64,000 nucleotides of DNA. Source: Octopus sinensis. Lineage: Eukaryota. Shown here piece by piece: positions 50,936 to 64,000 of this stretch; the first letter of the stretch is position 1; every line of letters begins with the position of its first letter. The stretch covers positions 191,270,001 through 191,334,000 of the forward strand of contig NC_042997.1 of the NCBI RefSeq assembly GCF_006345805.1, written 5' to 3'. The notes beneath the pieces are model-generated. The model worked only from the letters and a program-made list of their open reading frames with translations, was not told where the DNA came from and did not search any database. The translations under genes were made by a program, and so were the position numbers.

Positions 50936-51232
50936 AATGTATATGCATGTGTGTGTGTATGTTTACATATATGTGTATGCCGTGTTTGTTCCCACTCCAC
51001 CCCCACCCATCACTTGTCAACAGGTATTGGTTTGTTTACATCCCCATAACTCAGCAGTTCAGCTTAAGAGAATAGAGTAGATAGAATAAGTAAGTACCAA
51101 ACTTTAAAAAAAAATAAGAGCTGGGGCAATTCGTTCAACTATACCCGTCAAGACTGCTCCAGCATAGCCACAGTCCAATGACTGAAGCAAGTGAAAGAAT
51201 ACTGATATATCAGCCCTATGAACACCTTAGAT

Positions 51233-51264
<32 letters not shown>

Positions 51265-51904
51265 CAATTAATCCATGTGGAAGGGGTATCAGGTGACTTT
51301 ATATTTTTCAATTCATTGTTCGTTAGTAACTACCTTATATAACTGAGGTGTGGGAACTTAATTTCAAATAACAACATTCACCAGTCCAATCATCCAATCA
51401 TCCAATCATTAAACCTTTACTCAGACAGCACCCCTGGTTTAATGTGTTACTTGTTTGTAGTTTTCAACACAATGTAAAGAGAAAGTAGGTTACTTATTAA
51501 CTGCTTCACTACTGTTCTATTCACAAATAAGGAAAAATAAACAGGTTTGTCGAATCAATTACGTAATACAAGAACAAAATAGTTTACATTCATATGTTGT
51601 TACCTGTAAATTCTAATCTCACCAACCACCTCCGCGTTCTGCCGCACCTATTACAGATATCATAGATAACCAGAACGGAAATTATAAGCACATACGATAA
51701 TTTTCTAGATAATGTTTGTTCTTGTCCTGCATTGTATTGCATTAAAATATCATCCTTCAATTAGGCCGGTAACAAATAAAATTAATATTCGATTTGAAAA
51801 ATCAGTAGAGCAACAGGGGAAAATGCTTTCTGGTATTTGTTATGGGTTTTAACATTTTGAAATCATCGTCATCATCATAAGAAGATGAAAAAGAATAGTA
51901 GTAG

Positions 51905-52530
51905 TAATAATAATAATAATGAAATTATTGTATACAGGGCTAAGGTGCACCACAACTTGTCAAAAGTGCTTATAAAGCATATGCAGTAATGTACAAATAT
52001 CTGGAAAGTGAACAGTGTATGAGTCAGATACATGCTTGTGTGTGTATGGAGGGGAGAAAATCAGGTGTAGTGTTGGCGAATCTCAGGAAGCATGGAAGTT
52101 TTGAAGGATGCAGTGCTCCGACAACTAACAACTGATGCCGGCAGTTTGTTCCATGCTTCAGCAACTCTTAGCGTGAAAAAATGTTTCCTAGAGTCATGGG
52201 AGCTGTGCTGTTTTCTGACTTTGTAAACATGTCCACGGGTGTTAGACAGGTGGAGTTTGAAAAGTTGCTCAGAGTTATTGTTTGTAAGATGGTTAATAAT
52301 TTTATGGGTGTCTGCCAAGTCAGCTGCCAGACGTCAGAGTTTCAATGTATCCATGCCCAGGGAAGTAAGGCGTTCAGAATATGGCAAATGCCTGATGGAA
52401 GGTATTCTTTTGGTTGCATGTCGCTGAACGGCTTCCAGACGATTAATATCCTGGGCAAGATAGGAGTTCCAGACCGGTGATGCAAATTCCAGGTAAGGTC
52501 ACACCATATAAAGCCGCAGATAGATAGCCA
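51905..52530 (-). mobile_element. CR1-group LINE 3' end, same family as 12.2-12.9 kb
   Basis: Near-identical sequence and protein (HKIINHLTNNNSEQLFKLH..FFTLRVAEAWNKLPASVV), with an (aat)n tail. Confidence 0.9.
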
Positions 52531-53454
52531 GAGAGCAACTTGAGGAGGAAAGGAAGAAGAAGAAGGATAGTACATTTAACTGGGTCTCAGTATATAACAG
52601 GTATTATATTAACATTGATATTACCTGTAATATCAGTGATAAGGAGAAGTAAAGAACAGTTGGCTTGATGGGAATTGAACTAAAAATCGAGCAAATTAAA
52701 ACAAACATAAATACTGTTAGACCCAACACAAAGGTGCCTGAACCTTTTGTATCTGGCATTGTGAGTTCCAATCCTATGAGGTCAAAAACATTGTCTTTCA
52801 CCTTCCAGAGCCCAGATAAATACAGGCATGGCTGTGGGCTAAAGAAGCTCATGGCTTCAGGTTCAGTCCCACTGCATGGCATCTTGGTCAAGTGCATTTA
52901 TGAATGTGTGTGTGCATCTTTGTGTTTGTCTCCCACTACCACATAACAGCTGGTGTTAGTTTGTTTATGTTCCCATAACTTAGTGGTTCAGCAAAAGAAA
53001 AAATCAACAGAATAAGTACCAAACCCCTCCACTGGCTGAAACAAAATAAAAGATGAACAAAATACAAGATAAAGGCAGTGAACAAGTAGAAATTTTAATG
53101 TCAGGTGGCCAATGCCAGCATCACGTAACTGGCACCTGTGACAGTGACACATAAAAGGCACTGTTCAAACGTTGGGCCACACAGAGGCAGCGACAAGTGG
53201 CCAAGACTTTTGGTAATATACCGTGCTTGAGAAGACCTGTCAAGCCTAGTGAAATTGTAGTTGTGGTCAATGCCAACATCGCATACTTGACACCCATGCC
53301 AGTAGAACATAAAAAGCACCTTTCGAACTTTGAGTCTCATGGAGGTAGTAACAAGTGACCGAGACCTTTATTTATATATATAATACACACACCACACATA
53401 TATATATATAAATCAATAAATGGTGGGGTTGTGTTGACCGCACGTGGAGAAATG

Positions 53455-53864
53455 ATAGGAGAGGAAAAATTATAATAAGGCAGAATGCTAAATTGAAAGT
53501 AAATTTTAATAAAAATGGGTGTACAGAAAATTAAAAAAGAAAACATAATAAATCAAACCGGTTTTCATCGCAAGGCAAATTTTCAAGATTTGGAAGGGGA
53601 AAAGAAATTTTCTTTTTTAAATAAAGACTCTACAATGTATCGGTATACTTATTTATTAATTTTTGTATATATTATTATTTTTTTGAAAAAAACATTGTAA
53701 ATTTTTTTTTTCCCCTTCCTCAGTTTAAAAAAAAATTCTTTTCCCCTTCTTGAAAATTTGCCTTGCGATGAAACCGTTTTCTTTTTTAATTTCCATACAC
53801 CCATTTTTATTAAAATTTACTTTCAATTTAGCATTCTGCCTTATTATAATTTTTCCTCTCCTAT
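53455..53864. mobile_element. Fold-back element with long terminal inverted repeats
   Basis: ataggagaggaaaaattataataaggcagaatgctaaattgaaag ... ctttcaatttagcattctgccttattataatttttcctctcctat; arms about 150 bp; (TA)n on the right. Confidence 0.85.
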
Positions 53865-55025
53865 CTATATATATTTATATATATATATATATATAATATA
53901 TATATATATCTATATATATATATATATATATATCATCATCATCATCATCATCATCGTTTAGCGTCCGTTTTCCATGCTAGCATGGGTTGGACGGTTCCAC
54001 TGGGGTCTGTGAAGCCAGAAGGCTTCATCAGGCCCAGTCAGATCGGCAGTGTTTCTACGGCTGGATGCCCTTCCTAAGCCAACCACTCCCTGAGTGTAGT
54101 GGGTGCTTTTTACGTGCCACCCGCACAGGTGCCAGACAGAGCTATATATACACACACACATATATGACAGGCTTCTTTCAGTTTCCATCTGCCAAATTGA
54201 CTCATAAGGATTTAGTCGGCCTGAGGCTAAAGTAGAAGACTCTTACCCAAGGTGCCATGCAGTGGGATTGAGCCCTGAACCATGTCACTAGGAAGCAAGT
54301 TTCTTACCACACACAATGCCCGCACCTTATGAATATATATATATATATATATAAAGACATGATGGTCATGGTTAGAACACATCTGAACACAGATATGCTC
54401 AATGAGAATTAATCTGGATTTAAACCAATGGTTCTCAAACTGACAACTACCAGACGTACTATCACAACCATGACCGCCACAACCAACAAAAACAACTATT
54501 AGTGAAATGTTTTGCTACCCTCCCCTCTATTTAATTATGAGAAGACAAAATGGAGCTTGCATCTCTGTAATTCTTCTTTCTTCAACACAATGTTGGACAC
54601 AGTTTATAAAATCTAAAACTATCTGACCCTTTCCTTCTCAGTTCACACCCACACACTCCTGCCCATGAGAAGCGCTGGATTAAACAACAATAATAGCCAT
54701 AGTAAGCCAATAAGGTAACCTCGATCTGGTTGCTCAGCCAACTAGAAATAGCAACTAAATGACCTTAAAACCACACCCTACAATCTTTAGAAAAAAGTCC
54801 ACAATAAATGACATAGTTCTATATATTCTATGTCTAAATAAAAGTCTGGATGATCACAGATAGGCTAGGAATAAACTACAAGAAAGAAAGTGTGGACTGG
54901 GAGATTGTAGTTCTAAAAATGAAGAACTGAAAAAATGCTCAGTATTGGTTTTGTTTTTTGTAAAAGTGGGAGATAGCAGGAATGAGAAGAGAGGGACAGA
55001 CATAAAATATATATATATATATATA

Positions 55026-55551
55026 TACCATAAACCCTCGAGTATAATCTGCATTTTCTTCCCAAAAATTTAAAGGTCAAAATCCCTAGTGCGTTCTATA
55101 TACGAGGTTAAAAATGAAAATTATTTTCTAAGCAATGTCCAAGTCTCTATTTGCTGTCTGGCAATGTTTATTCAGATGCATTTTGTGATGTCGGGTGTGA
55201 AAATACCTTAAGCTAAGCCTGAAAGCAATGAAGTCATAAAAGAGTCATCCATAACTTGCAATAAATAATATTTATTAAACGTTATTACAGCTATTACTGT
55301 TATTTCTTTATTTCCTGCAAACAAAATGCACAAAAAAGCTACACGTTTGCATTATGTTATATATGCAATAATAATAAAAGACGTTACTGTATACATTTTT
55401 ACAAACCAAGGACGTTATGTAGACCTCCTTGACTCAAGTTAGAGAAGGGGTGCGTATTATACACAAGGTTTAGGTTTTTCAGAGGTACAGCCCCCTAAAA
55501 ATCCCCTGCGTATTATACTCGAGAGTGGACTATACTCAAGGATTTATGGTG
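55026..55551. mobile_element. pogo/Tigger-like MITE
   Basis: taccataaaccctcgagtataa ... tatactcaaggatttatggt inverted ends next to TA. Confidence 0.65.
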
Positions 55552-55555
55552 TATA

Positions 55556-55771
55556 TGAGATGTGCTGGAAAATTCCTGGCTTTAGGTAAAAGAAAATACA
55601 GGAAGATCAATTAATTATGATTTTATTCAACATATTCCCCTCTCAGATTCACACACTTATTGCAGTGATCCTTCAGTTTTTCTAAGCCCTGTAAAAGAAC
55701 TTAGAAGGTTGGACCTCCAACCAGGTCTCTCATGATACCCTTAAAACCAGAAACTTTTAAGCACCCCCTCA
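55556..55771. mobile_element. mariner-type MITE
   Basis: gagatgtgctggaaaattcctggcttt / aaaaccagaaacttttaagcaccccctc inverted ends. Confidence 0.6.
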
Positions 55772-55946
55772 TGTGTGTATGTACATGGTCTGGAGGAAGG
55801 AGTTTTACTCTGTCTTCACAAGTCCTTTAAGACCAGTGAAAATTGATGCTGTTAACGACTACAGGAAAGATGTGAGCAGGGGAAGAGAGCTGATTTTCTG
55901 GGAGAAAGGACTGGGTATAAGGTTAGCGGATGTGGACAATACGAGT

Positions 55947-56261
55947 TGTTGTTTTGTTGTTTGTTCTTTCTCGAGCCATGTCTGGCTCATAAAGGCCGGT
56001 TTCCCGGTTTCCTTGGCGTATAGGTTCCCCACCTGGACGGGACGCCGGTCCGTCACAGATAAGCTGCAAGATGCAGGAGGAAAGAGTGAGAGAAAGTTGT
56101 GGCGAAAGAGTCAGCAGAAGTTCGCCATTACCTTCTGCCGGAGCTGCGTGGAGCTTAGATGTTTCGCTCATAAACACACAAATCGCCCGGTCTGAGATTC
56201 GAACCCATGATCCCTCGATTGCAAGTCCACTGCTCTAACCACTAGGCCATATGCCTCCACA
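55947..56261 (-). mobile_element. tRNA-derived SINE with (CAA)n-like tail
   Basis: Head tgtggaggcatatggcctagtggttagagcag..ggttcgaatctc; 12-bp TSD gacaatacgagt at 55935-55946 and 56262-56273. Confidence 0.9.
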
Positions 56262-56967
56262 GACAATACGAGTGATGGCGAGGAAGAATGATAAATGAGG
56301 TAAGAGAGGCTAAATGCAATTAGCATGAGGCTAACCAGCTCAGAAGAGCAGAGGTCAGGTTGTGGAGGTGATAGAAGCCTTATTAGTTCAAAAGAACTCC
56401 AACTTTTGACACCCACAAATATTTATCTCTTATCTCTACCTTTTCTGTCGCTACTGAATGGTGTCCGCTCCTCAGATTTGATTGGTCTCAAGCTACCAGT
56501 AAACACTACTATTACTACCAACATAACCACAACATGCATACTGTTTTGTGTGTATCTGTGTCACAGCTGTTGGGAAATTATAAGGTAGATATGAACATAG
56601 ATAGACAGGTATGTGTTTACTGGAAAAGGAGAACGAATGTGTATAATGTGTTCTGTATGTGCAAAACAAAACAGCTGTCTTTGAGCAAGTATCTAAGTGA
56701 CAGCAAATAAGCATAAATGCTTGAGAATACAAGTAATCTTTATGTGTATATGCAAGCATACACAACTAAGTATGTGGATGTGACATACATATGCACACGC
56801 ACACACACACACACACATAGACTACCTACACAATAATACTGTATATGTGTGTGTATACACATACATATATACACAAATTCAGATTATATAACCAAGTATT
56901 ACACTCATATAAATATATATCTATATGTATACACACACACATATATAAATATGTACATATATTAATA

Positions 56968-57008
<41 letters not shown>

Positions 57009-58204
57009 TGTTGTGTCTGGGGAGAGTCATTTTCTTTTTGTGCCTTATAATTTAACACACTCACCAGTAAAATTTCCACTTATTCCTTATTTTTATTTTC
57101 CTAAAATTTTCGTTGTGCCTTGCAACCTTTTCAATAGTCTTGCATAAGAATCTTGCAAACCAAATCCAAAAACGAAATGTATATATATACACACACGCTC
57201 ACACATAATTATATACAAACATACATGCAGCTTATATAATGTTACATGTTCATACCATGCACACACACACACACACACACACAATACTACTTTCTTCATA
57301 CACACATGCACTCATACACCTAAACCCCTGTTATCACATATTTCCATCAATGAAAATATTTTTCAAAATATTCCCTAGGCTGATTTAGGGTTTTTAAAGA
57401 TATCTAACAGTTTATTTCTCACTTCCTTTCTATACTGAATCAGTTCTTAGTCAATCCTACCCACAAGACTTATGCTAGACAGCCTGACTATAACATCTAT
57501 GGTACCTGCTTCACTTTCAGGTTTGAGGAAAATCAGTACCGGTAATAAACTGGATTAAGTCATTCAACTATAATCTTTACAAAAAGTAAAATGGCAATAC
57601 TTTGAGAAATCAATGACAACCATTGTTTACAAGTGAGTATGACATGATATCATCACCATCATCATCATCATCATTTAACATCTGCCTTCCATTCTAGCAT
57701 GGGTTGGACGATTTTGACTGAGGGCAGGCGAACCAGATGGCTGCACCAGGCTCCAATCTTGATTTGGCAGAGTTTCTACAGCTGGATGCCCTTCCTAACA
57801 CCAACCGCTCCAAGAAAATCCACTTTTCCATGCTGCTATGGCACAGACAGAGTTTACTGAGGCAGATTTTCTGTGACTAGATGCCCTTGTTGTAGTCAAC
57901 CTTTACCTGTTTTCAAGCAAGGTACTATCTGCTTGTGACCACTCATGCTTTTGTAGGATATTCAAAATGAATGATGTTCATTTATGATAAACATGTGATG
58001 CCAAGACAAGAAGACACAAACGCACATACGTATGTCAGTCAGTTGTCCATAAGTCAGAAAAAAAGCAACCTCTAAAAGAAATTTTGAGCAATTATACTTT
58101 TATATATTCGAGAAATATAACCTATTTTTTTTTTACTACCCACAAGGGGCTAAACGCAGAGAGGACAAACAAGGAGAAATATAACCTTGGTTATGGTATA
58201 TAAC

Positions 58205-58615
58205 CAGTTAGAAAGTTACCATTGGCACAGGAGTGGCTGTGTGGTAAGTAGCTTGCTTACCAACCACATGGTTCCGAGTTCAGTCCCACTGCGTGGCACC
58301 TTGTGCAAGTGTCTTCTACTTTGGCCTCGGGCCAACCAAGGCCTTGTGAGTGGATTTGGTAGATGGAAACTGAAAGAAGCCCGTCATATATACGTGTGCA
58401 TGTGTTTGTGTGTCTGTGTTTGTCTCCCCAACATTGCTTGACAACCGATGCTGGTGTGTTTACGTCCCCATAACTTAGCGGTTCAGCAAAAGTGACCGAT
58501 AGAATAAGTACTAGGCTTGCAAAGAATAAGTCCTGGGGTCGATTTGCTCAACTGAAGGCGGTGCTCCAGCATGGCCGCAGTCAAATGACCGAAACAGGTA
58601 AAAAAGTAAAAGAGT
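58205..58615 (+). mobile_element. CORE-like SINE
   Basis: Same family. Further partial copies at about 3700-4090, 13240-13450, 49265-49630, 50960-51200, 52825-53050, 54150-54325 and 58940-59100. Confidence 0.85.
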
Positions 58616-59929
58616 ATTGGTTTCACATCTACTGTTACACAGGGCAATATAGATGACTCATGAAACACAATAACCAGAAGCATATAGCCTCTTAGTAACT
58701 GGAATAACCAAGGATATATGACTCAAAATACATAATACGTAATATATATCATCATTATTTAACATCTGTTTTCCATGGTTTGGATAGTTTGTCTGAAGCT
58801 GGTAAGCTCATTGTCTATTTTGGCCTGGTTTCTATAGCTACATACCCTTCCTGATGCCAACCACTCCACAGAGTGTACCGGGTGCTTTTTATGCGACACT
58901 AGTACCAGTGCTTTTACCATGGTACCAGCGTGACTATACATATGACAAGTTTCTTTCAGTTTCTATCAATGAAATCCACTCACAAGGTTTTGGTTGGCCC
59001 CAGAGCAGTCGTAAAGAAACTTGCCCAAGGTATCACACAGTAAGACTAAACTCAAAACAATGTGGTTATTAAGAACAACCTTCTTAGCCACACAACCAAG
59101 CCTGAACTTACGTGATCTGGGGGTTTGCTCTGAACTTCACAGCACTTCAGGCAAGCATCTTTTACCATAGTCCTTGGGTCGGCCAAATTTGTGTGAGTGA
59201 AACACTGATGGTCTAATCAACTGTGAGAGTAAAGTGACCACAGTTACTTAATATTCAAGAATACTTTTAATTCATGCTTCAGTATCCAAAACCAAATCTG
59301 AAGTTGTTGCTATTGTTATTTAGCTCTTAGGTTAGTTATGACTGAGCAGACTTATGAACAATGGCATTCCAGCTATGACCATCCCATTTTATTAACTAAG
59401 ACTTTATTAGACAATATGTAGCTTCTTTTTTTAAAAAGGTAGCATGTGACTTAAAGGAGATTTAGCTGCTATTTCTATGAGGCTGAACAACTGACTATGC
59501 AGAGGCTCCCTCAAAAGTGAGCTGCAAAGAGCAGCCATAACCAACCAATCTTCTAAGACTTCATTATTTAATGTACCTTTTCCTTTTTCTAAAGAATGTA
59601 GCTTGTCACTTAAGAAAGATTTAGCTGCTATTTCTGCAAGGTTGAACAATTAACCACAAAAAGGCTCCCCAAAATTGAGCTGCAAAGAATGACAATACAT
59701 TATACACTAACATGAAAAACTATCTTATATACTGTAGTGTCTGAGGAGAGTCATTTTCTTTTTGTGCCTTATAATATAACACACTCACTGGTAAAATTTC
59801 CACTTATTTCTTATTTTTATTTTCCTAAAATTTTCGTTGCGTCTTGCAACCTTTTCAATAGTCTTGACTCTGTCCGTTATTTACACTGCGTTTTTTTTTT
59901 TGTTTGTTTGTTTGTGCGTATGTGTGTGG

Positions 59930-60365
59930 GGTCAGTGTGTGTGTGTACCTATGCATGTAATTATGTATGTATGTATGTATATGTGTGTGTGTATGTATGT
60001 ATGTATGCATGTGTGTATGTATACATGTGTGTATGTATATGTATGTATGTGTGTGCATCTGTATGTATTCTGCATATTCATATGCTTGCCTGTCCGTGTT
60101 TGTGTATTTTTTATGTATGTGTGTGTGAGCATGTGTTTGTATATGTATGCACCTCTGTCTCCTTGTGTGTGCATGTCTGTGTGTGTGTGTGTGTGTGTTT
60201 TGCAACTATGTACCATGTTTGTATGTATGGATGTGCATCTCTATATGTGTGAACCCGTGTCTCCATATGTGTCTTTGTGTGGAGTAAAGTGTGTGTGTGT
60301 GTATATATGGTCATGTGTTTCAGTCTTCATTTGTGTATGTGTGCTTGTCTGTTCATATAACCTAT
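59930..60365. repeat. Degenerate (TG/TA)n low-complexity array
   Basis: Direct reading; it explains the spurious CV-rich ORFs. Confidence 0.95.
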
Positions 60366-61086
60366 GTACCTAAGAATATGCTTCAATACACGAACTCATA
60401 TAAAGGATCTTGCAAACCAAATCCAAAAACCAAATATCTTATATAAGTTATGTAGCAGATTTTCAGCTAAATGCAGATTCAAAGCAATTGATGAGAGTAG
60501 TGGGGGACCACTAACATAGATCAGGGGTTTATGAACCATCTGTATGTTTACTGTTGTTACACTAATAAATGAGGTGGGGTGGGGTAGGGTGGGGGGTAGA
60601 TTTTCTTCTTGCTGTTGCCTGAGGTCCTTATTGTCATGGCGACCATTGTAACTATGAATAAGAACCTTCAAAACATCCACAGCTAACACGCGAAACACAA
60701 ATCAATCAACCAGTTAAATCCCTGCAGAGAGGTGAAAGGGATGAAAAAAAAGGCAAATATTACTAACTTGGTGATATAGAAATGAAGATATGCTATTTAT
60801 CACTGAACATAAACTGATGATAAAAAGTGAAGAAATAAAAGGATAAAAATGAAGTAATCTCAATATCAAAAAGACATAAAAGAAAATAACAGTTAAAAAA
60901 CAAAAGATTTTAATCTTTAATATCGGCAATGGGGTTTCTAAGGAGATACTCATCCTGCTAGAAATAGCAGCCAAATTTCCCTCAAACTATACTCTTCGCT
61001 ATAAGTAAAGACAATGAAAACAGGAATGATCATTATTTACATTATTTGCATTTGATGGATATTTGTCTTCATCTTGTTTGTTGTTA

Positions 61087-61130
61087 ACATAACGTTTCGG
61101 CTGATATACCCTCCAGCCTTCTTCAGGTGT
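61087..61130 (-). ncRNA. Minimal hammerhead-like motif (Penelope pLTR-type repeat)
   Basis: Minus strand reads acac-CTGAAGA-aggctg gagggtatat cagcc-GAAAC-GTT-atgt. Stem II ggctg/cagcc, palindromic AACGTT, and a stem I with one mismatch. Confidence 0.5.
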
Positions 61131-62639
61131 CTTGGGGGAATTTCGAACCTGGGTTCTCATTCCTAAGGTATTTTTCAATGTCATTATAATAATTATTATT
61201 ATTATTGCCATATGCCCGTGGGCATATGGTGTAGTGCATTTGAATAATGTAGTCCTCAATAGATTATGTATGAGAATAAGATTAAATGGTCATGGCTGGA
61301 ACACATTTCATCATAGAGTATTCTCAATCAAAACTAAAGAACATGAATTAAAAAAAAAATTTTTTTTGATTTAATCAGAGGAAGAACAGTAGTGCCAGTG
61401 ACCCTGTAGTTTCGGGGCCTTCACAACTGGTGGAGAAGCAAATGTGCTCAAACCAGAAACTTGGACCAAATACTTGTAACAGAGAGGATTCAGCTAAAAG
61501 CACCCTAAGAGCCAGGTGATCATGTTAAACCAGATGACATTAGACCAGGGCTATTTCAAAAGTATTACATGTCAATGTCTCTGAGCAAAGCAATAATTAT
61601 ATAGGAACCAAAGGAATGATCAGTTTTTCTTAATCAGCATTACCAACAAGGCAACCTCTACACTAGTGGTTCTCAACCATCTTTTACCTATGGACTCCTT
61701 TGATTCCTATTTTACTCGGGTGGACCCTCAGACCCATTTGATGTTTTAAAAATTCTATTATACTTTATGCCGCCTGACTGGCGTCCGTGTCGATGACACG
61801 TAAAAAGGCCAACCGATCATGGCTGTTTGCCAGCCTCCTCTGGCCCCAGTGCTGGTGGCACATAAAAGCACCCACTACACTCACGGGGCGGTTGGCATTA
61901 GGAAGGGCATCCAGCTGTAGAAACACTGCCAGATCAGACTGGAGCCTGGCGCAGCCTCCTGGCTTCCCAGACTCTGGTCGAACCGTCCAACCCATGCTAG
62001 CATGGAAAATGGACATTAAACGATGATGATGATGATGTACATCCAATGTGTTGTTTGTGATAGACTGTCTACCTATTATTTCTTTCCTACTCTCAGCGCT
62101 TTCATACATTTTAAAAGCATCCTTGTCATAAAAACATCTTCAAATCAGGGGAAAAAAATCAAACCAAATCTATAAATCTATATACGCTTAAAAGAAAACA
62201 AGGAAGCAGCAGATTAAATATTGCAGGATTGAGTGGTTTTAAGAAACTAGTTATCAGCTAAAAGTAAAGATACAATTAGTCTCTATTATATATATTTAAT
62301 TTCATATATAAAATCTTTGTGCACAGCTATATAAGTATACCAATCACTATTATGTTTACTTGATCAGGGTTGCCTGGTGAATAAGGGAGTGGGGATTCAA
62401 CTGAATGAAAAAGAAGACAAAAAAGCCATCACTAGTAAGACAGTGTTGAACAAAAGGACCCATGAGGTTGTGCTGTCAGTGCTATAGCAACAGTTCCCAG
62501 GAAAGCTAGTGGTGTTGGTAATATATGCAGGTGGATGTTGAATGTAGAAATACAAAGGGAACTTAACTGGGTGAATGTGAAGGACAGCTAACACTTGGTA
62601 CATGGATGGCAAACTACAAAGGCAGATCCATACACATGC

Positions 62640-62725
62640 ATATGTATGTGTGGGTGTGTATATAATATAATATATATATATATATATATACAAACACATC
62701 CGTATATCACACACACACACCACAC

Positions 62726-62758
<33 letters not shown>

Positions 62759-63145
62759 TACATACATATATATATATATACACACACACATACATATATA
62801 TATATATACACACACACATACATATATATATATATACACATACGTACATACATCTATATATCCATACATATATATACACATACATATATATACATATATA
62901 CCACATATACATATATACACATACACACATACATATATATATTTATATACACACATACATATATATATGTATTTACATACACACATACATATATATATGT
63001 ATTTATGTACATACATATATATATATATACACACATACATATATAAATATATATACACACATACATATATATGTATATATACATTTATATATATGTATGT
63101 ATGTATGTATGTACGTATGTATGTACGTGTGTGTGTATGTATGTA
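62640..63145. repeat. Degenerate (CA/TA)n low-complexity array
   Basis: Direct reading. Similar (TA)n tracts at about 5245-5370, 39331-39381, 46365-46480 and 50489-50549. Confidence 0.95.
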
Positions 63146-64000
63146 TTATGCAAAAGTGTCATAAGTCCAAAACATTGCTTTTTCAGATAACAAAAGAATA
63201 GTTTCACCAATTCATAGCAAAACTGTTGTACTACACTCAGGCAATTTTTGATATCTTGGCATCTGAAGCAGCTGGAGATACTATAGTCTCACCAAAAGAA
63301 CCAGCTATTGCAAAAAAAAAAATGAATATTGAAAACATGCTTTTGGCCAAATTTGGACATATGACAGTTTAACATAATAGCAAAGGTATATATATATATA
63401 TATATACTATAGATATATATATATTTGACTGGGCCTGATGAAGCCTTCTGGCTTCACAGACCCCAGTAGAACTGTCCAACCCATGCTAGCATGGAAAACG
63501 GACGCTAAACGATGATGATGATGATGATGATATATATATATATATATATAAGTTCAGTAAAATTTAGATTCAGATGAATATGGTACTTAAGTTAAAAGTA
63601 CCAGAATTTAGTATGGTATTATCAATATAATTCAAAATGGGGTGATTATAATGAAAATAAGCAACAAGGATATCCAGAGGTAATGCTGCAGTACAATCGT
63701 TTCATGCGACTCCATTTAATTGAACAATGCAAACATTACTTCAATTTTAAAATATAGAACCATCTTCAGCTACATAAAATATAGAATTTTGTATAATTTT
63801 CTTTTTATCGAAAACCACCAAGAGGATAAGTAGATAGGCAAAGAACATGTTTTACCAACAACAACACAGTTGTAACTGAGATTTTTTCAAAAGAAGATAC
63901 TGTTTATCACTGATTATTTCTGTTATTCAGATTTACTAATGGGGGGGGGGGGGGCTAGTTTTAATTTATAGACTAGTTTATCAAATCTAAGAGAAACTAG

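Noticed and set aside
56195-56262. tRNA-like sequence
   Set aside because: It is a SINE head with body, tail and TSD; no intact acceptor stem, so not called as a tRNA gene.
59440-59690. Two direct repeats of about 80 bp
   Set aside because: Fragments of a common dispersed repeat (agatttagctgctatttct), also seen at about 14550, 36195, 54745 and 60960.
59737-60373. Long ORFs rich in C/V/Y/M or H/T/I (also 62397-63164)
   Set aside because: Translations of CA/TA microsatellite arrays, which lack stops by composition.
63430-63465. CTGATGA followed by a hairpin
   Set aside because: No GAAA box after the stem; part of the (CAT)n retroposon.

Overview
AT-rich, repeat-dense eukaryotic genomic DNA. 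The SINE repertoire and microsatellite load resemble an octopus (cephalopod) genome; this is inferred from repeat families, not proven. One protein-coding exon is well supported: 17052-17624 (minus), with clean splice sites and phase 1 at both ends. It encodes the end of a signal peptide plus the N-terminal laminin-G-like domain of an invertebrate-type Crumbs protein. No EGF exons of crumbs were seen to its left, so the rest of the gene probably lies outside the window. The first coding exon is unresolved; three candidates and a CpG-rich promoter-like patch at about 29.2-29.5 kb are reported. The rest is mostly transposon debris: tRNA-derived SINEs (CORE-like, Nin/Deu-domain-like and others), RTE, CR1/L2 and CRE-clade LINE remnants, a Penelope-like GIY-YIG remnant, Tc1/mariner fossils, several MITE families, Helentron-like elements, fold-back palindromes and microsatellites. 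The most interesting hidden signals are four hammerhead-ribozyme-like motifs of different sequence, all on the minus strand. Others are multimeric SINE insertions under a single TSD, a private 103-bp inverted duplication, and about 380-bp inverted arms bracketing the putative crumbs promoter. Repeat boundaries are read by eye and approximate unless a TSD or TIR is quoted.
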